The notes: generated by a model not told the origin, from the sequence alone. A stretch of DNA of 64,000 bases from Tubulanus polymorphus (GCF_964204645.1 NC_134031.1:11844088-11908087), one strand, 5' to 3'; shown: positions 34,537 through 46,791, numbered from the stretch's first letter. A program made the numbers and translations.

Positions 34537-34959
34537 ATGGCTTCTGCAATTATAACTATTATAGGATCGGCAATTGTTAACGCTTTAGCATTTACTGGTG
34601 GTGGATATTTATTTAAACATATTGATAAAAATGGATCATTAACAGAACAAAGAAGACATAACTTAGCATTAGAGAAATACAATAAAGCAACAGAAGAATA
34701 TAGAGAAAAGAGGCAAAACTATATGGATTATATTAACAAGGAATTATATGATCAGAAGATTTCACATAGAGATTTTCAATCAGTCGATGATGCAATGAGT
34801 TTATATAACGCGGTAACAAATAAAGAAAAATTACATCTACATAAACCTACAATATCAGATTATTATACCCCAAGTAATGAACAACAGAAATATGAAATAA
34901 TTTGGATTTTAGGTGGAACTGTTATTGTTATATTTGTTGCTTATAAGTTTACTAATTAG
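34537..34959 (+). CDS. 140-aa protein with N- and C-terminal hydrophobic segments and a central coiled coil
   Basis: MASAIITIIGSAIVNALAFTGGGYLF ... IIWILGGTVIVIFVAY. Confidence 0.78.
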   Translation: MASAIITIIGSAIVNALAFTGGGYLFKHIDKNGSLTEQRRHNLALEKYNKATEEYREKRQNYMDYINKELYDQKISHRDFQSVDDAMSLYNAVTNKEKLHLHKPTISDYYTPSNEQQKYEIIWILGGTVIVIFVAYKFTN

Positions 34960-34979
34960 TAATTTTTTTTGCTAAATAA

Positions 34980-35405
34980 ATGGATGATAATATTGAAATT
35001 ATATCTCATGATATAAATAAAACTAAATAAAAAATATATTTAGAAAAACAAATATTAGAATTTGAAAGTGACTTAAAGATAAAAAAGAAAAAATATTTAA
35101 AATCTAAAATTATATATTATCTTATTATTAGTGGTTCGGTTACAATTAGTTCTGTAATAACATTTTTGGCAATATTCAGCCCATTAACACCTTTAGCTAT
35201 ATCAATTGGTGTGTTAGGATTAAGTTCAAGTGTTTTAACTGGTATAAGTTCAAAATTAAATATAAAAAGTAATAAAGAAAAAATTAAAACTAATATAAAA
35301 GAAATAAATAATTTAAAGAATACACTAGATTATACAATAAGTTTAAATGGCCATATAACAGTTGAAGAACAAGATAAATTATTAAAAGAATTAATAAATT
35401 ATTAA
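34980..35405 (+). pseudogene. Two-TM coiled-coil protein, disrupted near the 5' end
   Basis: TAAATG at 34977; IIYYLIISGSVTISSVITFLAIFSPLTPLAISIGVLGLSSSVL. Confidence 0.6.
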
Positions 35406-35421
35406 TTTTTTAATTATATAA

Positions 35422-36801
35422 ATGGCAGATAGTTTTCCAAAAGCTTTCCAATATAATAAATCAATTAAATATAATATTCCTGCAATAGATTTTAATAAAG
35501 ATATTACATATAGAAATGAAGTTTTAGATTCATTAACTAATTTATATATTTATGTTACTGAAACTAATAATTTTAATGCAAAGATGGAAAATATATTTCA
35601 TGTCTATTTAATTAATTTTAAAAAATTGAAAGATGAAAAACAATGGTTATTAAAATCTAATATGAAGTATTGGCAGAACCAATTAAATTTTGCTGTTTAT
35701 TGTGCAACAACAGGATGTGGAATTAGTTGGAATGATCATTTGAATAATTCTAAATATAAATTCAAAGTTTATTTAGATTTCATACATACTTTCAAATCAG
35801 AATAATATTAGAATTAGAGTGCGCTTTACCAGGATCTAGATATTTTAAAGAATTATATAATAATATTAATTTATCAAAGTTTTATAAAATTTGTAATGAA
35901 TTTAATATAGATATAAATAGTTCTGATTTTAGAACAAAAATTGGAACAATAAGATCACTTCCTTGCCCTAAAAAGATTGCCGAATATTGTGCACTTCCCA
36001 TACCATCTAATAGTTTTTATAATATCTATAATAATAAATTAGGTTATGGTAAAATAGAAACTAAGGATTTAGAAACATTAAATTTCAATAAATTACCGAA
36101 ATTTTATGATCATTTAAAACAAGAAAACAATAATGGTTGGGTTTATTTTATTTTAGAAAATAGTGAAGGTTTTACTAAATCAGGTATAGAAAGAATAAAT
36201 CAATCTATTAGAACTTATTTGATATGTATTTTAGGTGCGCAAGTTGAAACAAGATCCCCAATAATTGGAAATTTAAATACATCATTTGATACACAGAAAC
36301 AATTCAAAGTATTATTTGAAGATTCAATTCATAATGATAAAAATAGATCTATTCCAGAAAACATTGTAAGATATCAAAATTATTTAGATAAATCACATAT
36401 TAGATTAAATAATTGTATAGGCCCTAATCTATTTATTATTTCTAATGATTTAGTATTAAAGATGGGAAATATAATTGGTTATAATAATCTAACTAAAACT
36501 GCAACAATAAATAATTCATTTGGATTAAATGATATAAATAAAAAGATAATTACTGCTCCAAAATTAATGGAAGGTGAAAAAAATAAAAAACATTCAATCA
36601 ACAGAAACTAAAACTAAGAATATTAAATTGGATAATGATTCCAAAATAAAAGATTACAATACATCAGAAAATATTAGAACTGATGATATTCAATATGATA
36701 TAATTAAACTAAATGATGATAATAAATCCCATGAAAATACTAAATTAGCTATAACTTGTATAGGAATTGTAATCGGAGGAATATTATATTTTAAATTTTA
36801 A
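35422..36801 (+). pseudogene. Conserved ~460-aa Polinton protein (WQNQLNFAVYCATTGCG) with C-terminal TM anchor; frameshifted
   Basis: ORFs 35422-35805, 36219-36611 and 36574-36801 joined by frameshifts; the C-terminus is contiguous in copy B. Confidence 0.7.
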
Positions 36802-36818
36802 TTTTTTTTATTATGTAA

Positions 36819-38331
36819 ATGGATGTAGAAGGTGGAGAAGATTATGAAATGGGAGAAATGGGAAATAATAATGAAGGATATATTGATGATGATTATAATG
36901 ATGCAGAAACTAATATTGACAATGATGATGAATCAGCATATAATTCTAATTTAGCAGATAGTGGTTCTAAAGCCACATCAACAGATGAATTTGATAGAAG
37001 AACTAAATCGAGAATACCTCCTGAAAATTTAAATCAAGGTTTATCAAGACAAGATTTAGAATATAATAAAATTATTTATAGATTCAAACCTGTATTTGAA
37101 AGATCTGGGTATAATATAAGTGATAGAGATGCTGAACTTTTAGTAGAAAATTTAAAAGTTTTTAAAGGTAAATATTATTATCATTTGGATGGTGATTATT
37201 ATATTGATATCACTAATCAAAAGACAAGACTAAATAAAATATTAGCGGAATCAACTTTGAGATAATTAGAACCAGATAGAATTAAAATAATAAGTATTAA
37301 TAATGAAATAACTGATGTTACACAAGAAGAAAGAGATGATAATATAACAGAATTTAGTGAAAGAATTGATGACTTATTAAAAATAATCAATAAAAATTCA
37401 GAAACAGAAATTGAAGAGTATAGAGATCGATTAGATAAATTAAGATCTTCAACGCCTGAAACATCGAGAAGAGATATCCAACAAATTGATAATGATTCAA
37501 GTCAATTACAATTAGTAAAACATTTTGATAACATGTTAGATACAGTTCATTCATTTGAAGAAGAGATGAATAGTGTTTTAGATACGCCCGGTGCTGAAAC
37601 TGGAATAAATCGAATACAATCTTTACTAGAAATAGGATTATTTGATTTAACTGATGATGAATTAGAAGCATTTCCTGAACAAACACGTAGAGAAATTAAA
37701 GGTATGCAAGAATCAGCTGATAAAATTGCGCATGAAAAAAGTAAAAGAGATATTAAAATTAGAACTTTAGAAAAAGAATTAACTGATAAAAATAAAGAAA
37801 TAGAACAACTAAAATTAGATAGAGATAATAAAGTTATTGAAGAAATCGAATTTAAAAAAAGAAATGCATATTTAGAAAAAGAAAAGATGATTGATAATAT
37901 AACATAGAATTACAAAAACAAGAAATTAAATTATTATTAAAATCATATGATTATAATATTAATAGATTAAAAGTTATTTTTTAAAGATTTGTTGATTAAA
38001 CCAAATTCTGAAATATCATTGAAAGATAGATAAAGTTATTATTTAAATTAGAAGGAATAACAATTCTGTCAATTCTAACAGCTGTAACTATGTTATTTAC
38101 AACAATTGGTTTAGCAATATCAAATGCTTTGAAATCTACTCCTACTCCCAATAAACCAGATAAACCCCCGAATGATAATAATTCTATACAAGATAAAGTA
38201 TTATATTGAAATCTGCAGGAAACATTATTAACTTTGCTGCGGAACATATTATTTTATTTTTAATTACAGTTGTAAGTGCAATTATTTTTGGGCTAGTAAA
38301 CATGATAAAAAATAAACATGATCAAAAATAA
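36819..38331 (+). pseudogene. Large acidic/coiled-coil membrane-anchored protein, disrupted
   Basis: ORFs 36819-37265 and 37533-37907, plus a TM tail matching 17096-17527. Confidence 0.7.
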
Positions 38332-38355
38332 ATAATTAATTTTTTTGTTAAATAA

Positions 38356-39607
38356 ATGAGTGGGAGTTATATCAATCCTTCTAAGAATCATAGAATATCT
38401 AATGCTATTAAAGCAGAAAGATCACATCATATAATTACTCATAACCCTTCTAATATTAATCCCGATGAAACTTTATATGTTAGAATTCCTCGATTAACAC
38501 AAAATACTTTTTATGTTCCAAATAGTATTTATTTATCAGCCGATATAAAAGTAATCGGTAATAATAATAATTATGTTGTTGATAATGTTGGAAGATATTT
38601 GATTAAAAAATTAACAATAAAGATTGGTCCAGAAACAGTTTTCTCATTAGATGATTATAATTTATTTATGCATTATAAAGACTTATGGTTAACTAAAGAA
38701 AATAGAAATAATATGATATTTCAAGGAATCCAATCAGAAAACCAAAATAAATTAAGATCAGAATCACATAATGCAATATTAACTAATGCTATAGATAAAT
38801 TGATAAAAAGTATATATGGAAGCAAATATAAAATTCCATTAGACTTTGAATTGATAAATAACAATGCGCCTTTATATAAATACGCAATTCAAGAAGACGT
38901 TATATTTGAGATAACATTTACTCCTTTTAATGAAATTGTAATATCTAGCGTTAATAAAGATATGAGTTATAAATTATCGAATATATGTTTAGAATATGAT
39001 ACAGTAACTGATGAAAATATTTCAAGTATAATTCAAACTAAATACAATCAAGGATTTTCATTATTATATGATTATATTGATAAATTTAAAACTGTAACTA
39101 TTAATGCAAATGATGAAATAATTAATGAGAATATTAACTTCCCAAGAAGATCTATTAAAGGTATATTAATATTTTTTACCATTGCAACATATACTAATGG
39201 CGCAATAAATGTTGATAATTATTATAATCCTGAAATAACAAAAGTAGAAATAACTATCGAGGGAATAGCAAATAAAATATTTTGTCAAGGAATGAGAATG
39301 ATTGATCAATGGCCAGAAATTAGAAAACATTTTATGAATGAAAAAGTAAAATCATCTGAAAATTGTAACATTAATCAAATTGATTATTATACCGGTAATA
39401 AATATGCATTATGGTTAGATTTTAGAACAACAGAGGATAAATAATTCATTACATGGTTCTGGAAAAAAACTAGAAAACACTAAAGATGGAATACAATTAT
39501 TCATGACAAAGAATAAAGGAATCAAAAATTTTAAAATGCACATTTATATTATATCTGACGCGCAATTAAATATTGTAAATTCACAATTAGATAGTGTTAT
39601 GTATTAA
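38356..39607 (+). pseudogene. Major capsid protein, frameshifted at ~39440
   Basis: Near-identical to 15828-17075; a 4-nt insertion truncates the ORF at 39444. Confidence 0.78.
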
Positions 39608-39639
39608 AATTTTAACTTTAATAAAAATTTATTATATAA

Positions 39640-40464
39640 ATGGAAGGAGGTAAAGTATATAAACATATTCCATACATCGATACACATGAAAATAATGATG
39701 GTTTATATTATGTAATACCTTGTAATATAGCTTTGATATTTGATCCTATTTTCAAAATTTATAAAACTAAACTAATAGAAATCGATAATAATAAAAGTGA
39801 AGTTGTTGATAATTTAAGTAATGTAATTGATAATAATGTAATACCTTCTACATCTAATAATGTAATACCTACTACATCTAATAATGTAATACCTACTACA
39901 TCTAATAATGTAATACCTACTACATCTAATAATGTAATACCTACTACATCTAATAATGTAATACCTTCTACATATAATAATTTAATAATATTAAATGTTA
40001 GTAAAAATAGAAATGATTGTGATTATTGTAAAGGTGAATTTTCAAACGCTCCATCAAATTGGAATAAACATATGAATACAAATTCACATATTACTAATGT
40101 AATAGAACGTGTTGGTTTAAGAGAATTTATAGAACACCCATTTAGATATGTTACAAATAAAAAAGTAAATGGTAAAGAATTATATGAAGATTTTTTATTA
40201 GCAACACCTAATAAAGATGAATTAGATTTAACTGATGCTAATGAAATATTAGGATCAAACACTGTAAGTGAAATATTAGGAGCAAACACTAATAAAGATT
40301 CTATGAAACATAAAGTAGAAAATAATGATAACTTTGATTGGATGAATAAGCATAACAATGAAACAACTATTGATGATTCGGTAAAAAAGGTGAAAAATAA
40401 GTATAAAAATAATAAAGAATTTGAAGGAGAAAATTCGGTAGAGAATTTGAAACAAGAAAATTAA
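39640..40464 (+). CDS. Variable protein with six VIP(S/T)TSNN repeats (24 bp) and a Zn finger; probably interrupted at the 3' end
   Basis: Repeat at 39832-39981; CDYC...H..T..H. Confidence 0.65.
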   Translation: MEGGKVYKHIPYIDTHENNDGLYYVIPCNIALIFDPIFKIYKTKLIEIDNNKSEVVDNLSNVIDNNVIPSTSNNVIPTTSNNVIPTTSNNVIPTTSNNVIPTTSNNVIPSTYNNLIILNVSKNRNDCDYCKGEFSNAPSNWNKHMNTNSHITNVIERVGLREFIEHPFRYVTNKKVNGKELYEDFLLATPNKDELDLTDANEILGSNTVSEILGANTNKDSMKHKVENNDNFDWMNKHNNETTIDDSVKKVKNKYKNNKEFEGENSVENLKQEN

Positions 40465-40599
40465 TTTTAGAAAATTATTTGACGCCTGCGAAAAAAATGT
40501 ATAATTTCTGGGCTAAGCTAATGTGGAATTGCAAATTTGAAATCGAAGTTTTAAGAAATTTGTGGAATGATGAGATTTGGCGATTGGGTAGATGATACA

Positions 40600-41023
40600 G
40601 CGGGTCTTCGACTCTAGTAGTGGTTTAAATTTTTTTATTGAAAATTCTCAATAATTGATCGCGAACTTGCGACCGACTTCATTTACTTATGCCTCTAAGC
40701 TGGTCTGCAACTTCATTGCCTCCATGGTTGAAGAACGAGCTCTTCTGATGTCTGCTTCATCATGACTTCGAGCATATCGTGTGGCCTAGCCAGCCGGCCC
40801 GGGCCACGGGTTTGGCTGTCACTCGATATCCTAGAGTCTTGAGTCTGGTTGGGTTGAAGTAGACATTGTCATTTAAAATAACATGCTTATGTTGTTCTGT
40901 ATGAATTACCCGTGTGTCATGTATGTTGTATTAATTTATTTTAAAATTTGTATTTATTGGATTTGGGAATTTTATCCCGAAATTTCAATGTAATAAGGAT
41001 CAATAAAGAATTGAATTGAATTG
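40600..41023 (+). mobile_element. Probable 3' end of a non-LTR retroposon inserted in Polinton-C (left boundary approximate)
   Basis: GC-rich stem-loop at ~40774-40829, AATAAA twice, (AATTG)n tail to ~41023. Confidence 0.45.
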
Positions 41024-41771
41024 TCACCTAATACACATGCCATCAGAGGACGCGGAGCCGTATATGATAGCTATGCTTTTATAAATTGCTAATCTCACGA
41101 AACCTGCATACTCCTAATATCAAACATATTTTCTAAAACGTTTGAATATTGAAATTATATGTTTACACATTTTCATATTGACCGCTTTTAGCCGCTGATG
41201 AAATTCACGCCGGCCCTACACACATCGTAGATAGCTTCGTCATTCCACCGGCATGCCAACGTCAGGGTCTGACTTTTATATCAGACTTCCAAATCGTGTA
41301 TACATCCGCCATTTAACCGAATAATCCGATTTACTTATCATTTCTATTTATGCCTGCCCCTTCTGATATAATCATACATCCTTTACTATTACAATACGTC
41401 TTCTAATGATATTCAATGCAATATAACATTTCGACGTTCAAATATAGGTCATTATATAATCACAGGAAGCCATTCTACATCTATGTCAATAATATTTTGC
41501 CAGATAGCTTGTTTGTGTACACATAGACCTGTGACGTTTTGCACATCGATTTACGGCTGTCGTTTGTAAAATGACGCTGAATGGTTAACATTGTTTAGGT
41601 TTCATAATGGTAACGTTTTATAAGGCGTCAAAAAATTGATGGGGTATGATAGTGAATTGGAGAGTGATGATGAAAGTGATTCAGAAAGTAATTTTCTAAC
41701 ACTCAAAAAGTATTAAAGGTTGAAAATTGTATAAAATAATAGTAAATAAAAAAGGGGGTTTTAAGTATTTA

Positions 41772-41852
41772 AGGTATCTAATAGGGTATCAGGTATTAGG
41801 GTATCAGGTATTAGGGTATCTAATGGGGTATCAGATATTAGGGTATCTAATA
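41772..41852. repeat. Short tandem repeat GGGTATC(AGGTATTA/TAAT)
   Basis: About six imperfect units downstream of the ATPase stop. Confidence 0.8.
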
Positions 41853-41869
41853 CATAGTCATATAAATAG

Positions 41870-42480
41870 TTATTTTATAAATATATATTCATAGGGAAAT
41901 TGTAGTCTCAGTAATAATTTTGAACCTTTATTATTCTTTAATTTATTCATATATTCATCATGTAATTCAGTAGGTATAATTTGATTTTCTTCCAATGATT
42001 GTTGCATAGATTTTTTATCTTTGTTATAAAATAAAACTAGAAATCTAATGTTTTCTCTAAAGTCTTTAACAATTGAATTATATTTTTGATTTAAAACCCA
42101 AGTTGTTATCCCAAAATGTCTCCCGGAGAAAGCTAGATAACATAACTCACTTTCTCTAACTTTTGAATCATGTAAATTTGCGCAATCATCTATAATGAAT
42201 AATGTATTTGATCCTTTATAAGTATCAATTGCTATTTTAATACAATTATCTAAATTTTCTTTTACTTTTTTAGGATTAATATAATAAACTTTTTCATCTT
42301 AACTATATCTCTATTATATGTTTTATTCATTTCATAAGTAGGACAGAATAATATTATATTATCAAAATGATTCTTATAAATAGTTTCTAACAAGTTTAAT
42401 ATGAAATGTGTTTTACCACAATTGGTTACTCCAGTAACTAACATATTATGCGGTTCGAATATAAATAAATCTTTATTCAT
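41870..42480 (-). pseudogene. Packaging ATPase, frameshifted
   Basis: GVTNCGKT in 42262-42480; the remainder matches 13320-13931 in another frame. Confidence 0.88.
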
Positions 42481-43553
42481 TTTTTTTTAAATTTTACTAG
42501 ATAAAATCCATTCATTAAATTTATCATCGTATCCTTTATAACCAAAGAATACTTTTTTCCTTTTAGAGTTTTTGTTTTCAATACTTTTTCTATTTTGTAT
42601 TCTATTTCATCTGGATTTGGTACAAGTGATAATTCTTGTTCATAGAAATAACCTAATATTTCTTCATCTTTTAGATCTTCTAATTTATAAACAAAAGGTT
42701 TAGTTAATATCATCTTTTTAATCTTGAATATTTCTTCTGTAAAATTAGGGGTATAACCTTTATAAAATGTTTTTCTATATTTAGATATTCTTACGTGTTG
42801 TCCAATTTTGAATCTAGGTTCACCGAAATCATGTGTAACAAACGCTCCATATAAATTATTCCAAACTATTTCCGAATTATCTTCTTTTCTAGCTTGTATA
42901 GGTTTCATATTTATAGAACTATGTTTAGAATTATTATAACCTTTCACTAAATCATCTAACACATCGATATATTTGTATGTTTCATTAGCAGTTAAATATT
43001 TCCACATTCTAGTTTTCAATGTTTTATTAAATGTTTCTATAATAGATGCTTTTTTATCTGAATGTGTTGAAAAATATTTTACATCGTTATCAGATAATAG
43101 TTTTTTAAAATGTTTGTTATAAAATTCCTTACCTTCATCAAATTGTATCTTATCTGGATTAGCTTCTTTAAATATAGATTTAAAAGCATTTGTAACTTCT
43201 ATTCCAGTTTTATTTTTGATTGGAATTGACCATGCGTATCTACTGAATATATCTATAACATTCAGTATCCAGAAATATCCTTTGTTGTATTCCTCTAAGT
43301 TCTTCATGTCAATTAAATCTGCTTGCCATTGTTGATCGATATATGAAACCATAACTTTCCTTGTTAAATAAGTTTTATTCATTTTCTTGTGGATTTGATA
43401 TGTTGGTTGATTTTGTAACCATGATTTCAATTCACTATATTTTATATTGCTATTATCAGATTTAATTTTATTCCATAATTCTGAAACGTTAGAATATGAT
43501 ACTTCACTTTCTGGGTTATAATATAAATCTCTAAGATATTGTTCTTTTTTCAT
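42477..43553 (-). CDS. int: rve integrase; chromodomain frameshifted near the C-terminus
   Basis: Close homologue of 12251-13327. Confidence 0.92.
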   Translation of the reverse strand: MKKEQYLRDLYYNPESEVSYSNVSELWNKIKSDNSNIKYSELKSWLQNQPTYQIHKKMNKTYLTRKVMVSYIDQQWQADLIDMKNLEEYNKGYFWILNVIDIFSRYAWSIPIKNKTGIEVTNAFKSIFKEANPDKIQFDEGKEFYNKHFKKLLSDNDVKYFSTHSDKKASIIETFNKTLKTRMWKYLTANETYKYIDVLDDLVKGYNNSKHSSINMKPIQARKEDNSEIVWNNLYGAFVTHDFGEPRFKIGQHVRISKYRKTFYKGYTPNFTEEIFKIKKMILTKPFVYKLEDLKDEEILGYFYEQELSLVPNPDEIEYKIEKVLKTKTLKGKKYSLVIKDTMINLMNGFYLVKFKKK

Positions 43554-43559
43554 CTTCTT

Positions 43560-43922
43560 TTAATCCATTAATAATAATTTAGATTTAGTTTCAATGACTT
43601 TATCATTTGATTTATTTTCTGGTATGATAGGTTTATTATCATTGGAATCATTATTGTTATAATCAGATTTATACTTATATCTATATATTACACCAGATAA
43701 TATAATAACTGTTACTAATCCAATTGTAATATATAATTTATAATTACTTCCAGCATTAGAAGAATCAGATGGATTATTATTTGAATCAATATCAGATAAT
43801 TCATTAATATCAGTTAATTTCTTTTTCTTAGCTTTTTTTAATTCAGAAGATCTTTTACCTAATTCTCTTGCCCATTTAATTTGTTTCTCGGATCTAGCCT
43901 TTTTCTTAACTCCATCACTCAT
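43560..43922 (-). CDS. 120-aa membrane protein
   Basis: Homologous to 11882-12244. Confidence 0.78.
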   Translation of the reverse strand: MSDGVKKKARSEKQIKWARELGKRSSELKKAKKKKLTDINELSDIDSNNNPSDSSNAGSNYKLYITIGLVTVIILSGVIYRYKYKSDYNNNDSNDNKPIIPENKSNDKVIETKSKLLLMD

Positions 43923-44517
43923 TTATTTTACTTAATTTTTGTTCTGATTCATTTTCTGTTTCGACGTTTGGTTGTAGTACATCTGTTTCGTTCTTACCTG
44001 ATTTATATTCCATAGGTTTGATGTTCGAAAATGTTATGACACCAGTAGAAATTAATGTCATAACCGATCCCAATTGAAATGAAGCATATCCGACCCATTT
44101 TTGTAATTCAGTCATAACTAAGTAGTCATTTTTCAAATCACTATATAATTTATTTTCATCATCAATTGGTATTAACTGGTTACATAACTGAGAATAACAT
44201 TTGACAATACCATTCGAAATAGAATCACTTATTTTAGCTAATCTAGCTTCTTCATAAATCTTAAAATATTTTATTACTTTATCTGGTTTCATAGAGTCTA
44301 GTTCTTGAAAAGTAATGATTCTATTTAAAAACTCCTTAGATTTCCCGCCAGCAATTAATAATTCAAGATGATGCTTACAATATAAATAGTATTCATAATC
44401 TATATTACAATTAACTTGAGCACAATTAGAAACAACTGTATCTTTATTATCACTTATACCTAAATCATCTAATGTCTTTTCAATATCAATACTATTCTTA
44501 TTAGATTTCTTTGACAT
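43915..44517 (-). CDS. 200-aa conserved Polinton protein
   Basis: Homologous to 11290-11889. Confidence 0.8.
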   Translation of the reverse strand: MSKKSNKNSIDIEKTLDDLGISDNKDTVVSNCAQVNCNIDYEYYLYCKHHLELLIAGGKSKEFLNRIITFQELDSMKPDKVIKYFKIYEEARLAKISDSISNGIVKCYSQLCNQLIPIDDENKLYSDLKNDYLVMTELQKWVGYASFQLGSVMTLISTGVITFSNIKPMEYKSGKNETDVLQPNVETENESEQKLSKINE

Positions 44518-44817
44518 TTATATTACAGGAAAAAAGCAAAAAAAAATATAAGTATTCTTCAAATGATACCTGTATCTCTTTAGATTAATACTAGTTTAGT
44601 TAAAGGTAAAGAATTTTAGTATTAGTTATTGTTTTTTTAGTATTTTTTATTTGTGATATAAAGTATTCTTTTTGAAAAGAAAGTATTAAAAAAACAATAA
44701 CTAATACTAGCTAGTTGAAGATATTGTTTTTTTTAATATATTTTATTTGAATTCTATTTGATATCTCACTACTTTTGTTTATCTATTAGGAGCAGTAGTT
44801 ATAACTGTCCAGATAAG

Positions 44818-45485
44818 TCATTTCGGATCCTTGATATCAAATTCCTCAACGTATTGTTCATTATTTGGATTATTGTTCCATTGATCAATAAATTTCTTTG
44901 CCTTTGTTAACTGTTCTGAATATAACTGTAAATCTAGTTTATTAGATTTGGTTTGATTTTCTTTCTTTTCTAAAGGCCTTAAATTTTTCCAACCCCAAAT
45001 AAGTTTTTTATTGTATTCATCATTCATGTTAAATTTAGATATTGGTAACACGTGATCAATATGGTAATAATCCCCATAATTATCTATATTCATTTTATCA
45101 TCGAATTGATATATAATCCATGAAATTCATCTGAACAACCCAATAAATTAGATAGTGTTTCTGAATGTGTTTCTTTGTTGAATAATTGTGTTAATCTAGA
45201 CCGTAAGCATTGTTTCAATCTAAAATTAAGATCTGTTTGATATCTTTCTCTCATATATTCTGCCATATAATCATTATAAGATTCTCTATTATCTTCTCGG
45301 TACTGTTTGGTGTATAGTTTAAAACAAGTTTTACAACAATATTGAAAACCATCTTTGCTAATCTTACGCTTACTAAATTCTGTTAATGATTTATCTAATT
45401 CACATTTAGAACACTTCTTGTAGTATATGTTTATAACACCAGTGTTATTTGTAATATTGATAGTTTGTGGTTGTTCTAGTTCCAT
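44818..45485 (-). pseudogene. HNH endonuclease, frameshifted by a short deletion
   Basis: ORFs 45090-45485 and 44818-45093 match 9477-10130. Confidence 0.85.
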
Positions 45486-46539
45486 TTATTATACATATTT
45501 TTTACTAAATTGGTTAATATTTTAGAATCCTCTTCCATTTCTTCAACCAACGTCATCCTTTTTCATTCCTCGCTGCTTTTGATAAGTCAGTTTCGATTCC
45601 TTGATATCTAAATAATACCAGTTACAATACCCGCGTCACATGCGGACATACAGGAGCGTTTTTGCTTAATGCGCATGCGTTAATCATAATTATATATTCA
45701 TTCTATAAATTATTTAAAATAGAAACAACACATGCGTTACATGCGTCACATGCGGCCATTGATGTCCGGTTTTGCTTAATGCACATGTGTTAATCATAAT
45801 AGAAACAACTGAACACATAAGATATCAAAACGTGTTCGCATTAGGCAAGACCGGGCATTCAGGCCCGGTTTGGTTCAATGCGCATGCGCTAATCATAATT
45901 ATATATTCATTATGTAAATAGAAACAACCGATATGAAATATCAAAACAATGTGCACTAGGCAAGACCGGGCATTCAAGCCCGGTTTGGATCAATGCGCAT
46001 GCGCTAATCATAATAGAAACGACTGAACATAAAAATTCACCAAACAGATTTACACAATACATTATACAAGTTGTTCAGTCGTTTCTTCCAATACATCATT
46101 TGATTTCTATAAATACAATTTATAATTACAAGCATTTTTTCAATTGCTGGTAAATATTGAACTACATCAACAAATGTTAAACTTAATCATTGGAGTCTTA
46201 ATGTTTTTGAAATTCTTATATAGTTTATTCGTCGATCTTTTGGTGATTCTATTGGTTCGATATCCATTGCTGTTGATTCCTCAGTCAGAAAGAGTATCTT
46301 GAGTTTCTCTATCACTTCTTGATGCGTATGGCGTTTTATTAATCTAAAAGATATTAGCGGTAACTCTAACCATCTAAAAGATATACTAAATACACTTAAA
46401 TATATCTAAAGGTTTCATATTTAATAGCCTTAATAACTACAACAAACAGTACTTACATTTAGATTTATAATTGTAAACTATAAACTCCTAATTTCGTTTC
46501 GAGAGATAGAATATCCTGAGCACAATATTAGAGCGTATG

Positions 46540-46715
46540 TTCATTTCCGGGGCGATTTCTAGAATGACACGTCGTTGATTATGCCACGTCATTTGGTTCC
46601 GGCGCGCCTTTCTAGAATATTCTACACGTTTCTGATTATGATGTGTCATCTCTATTCAGAGTTCCAGCACACCGTTCTAGAATTTTCTCTACACGTTTGT
46701 AACATTATGTGTCAT
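46540..46715. promoter_or_regulatory. Three-unit repeat carrying heat-shock-element-like and bZIP-like motifs
   Basis: TTCtaGAA at 46557, TTCtaGAAtaTTC at 46610, TTCtaGAAttTTC at 46675; GCCACGTCA at 46583. Confidence 0.5.
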
Positions 46716-46791
46716 AATGTCTCGGCGTCATAGTAACAGCTGTGAATTTATAGATTTATTCCATAGCTCTGTACATTGAATGTATATAGGC

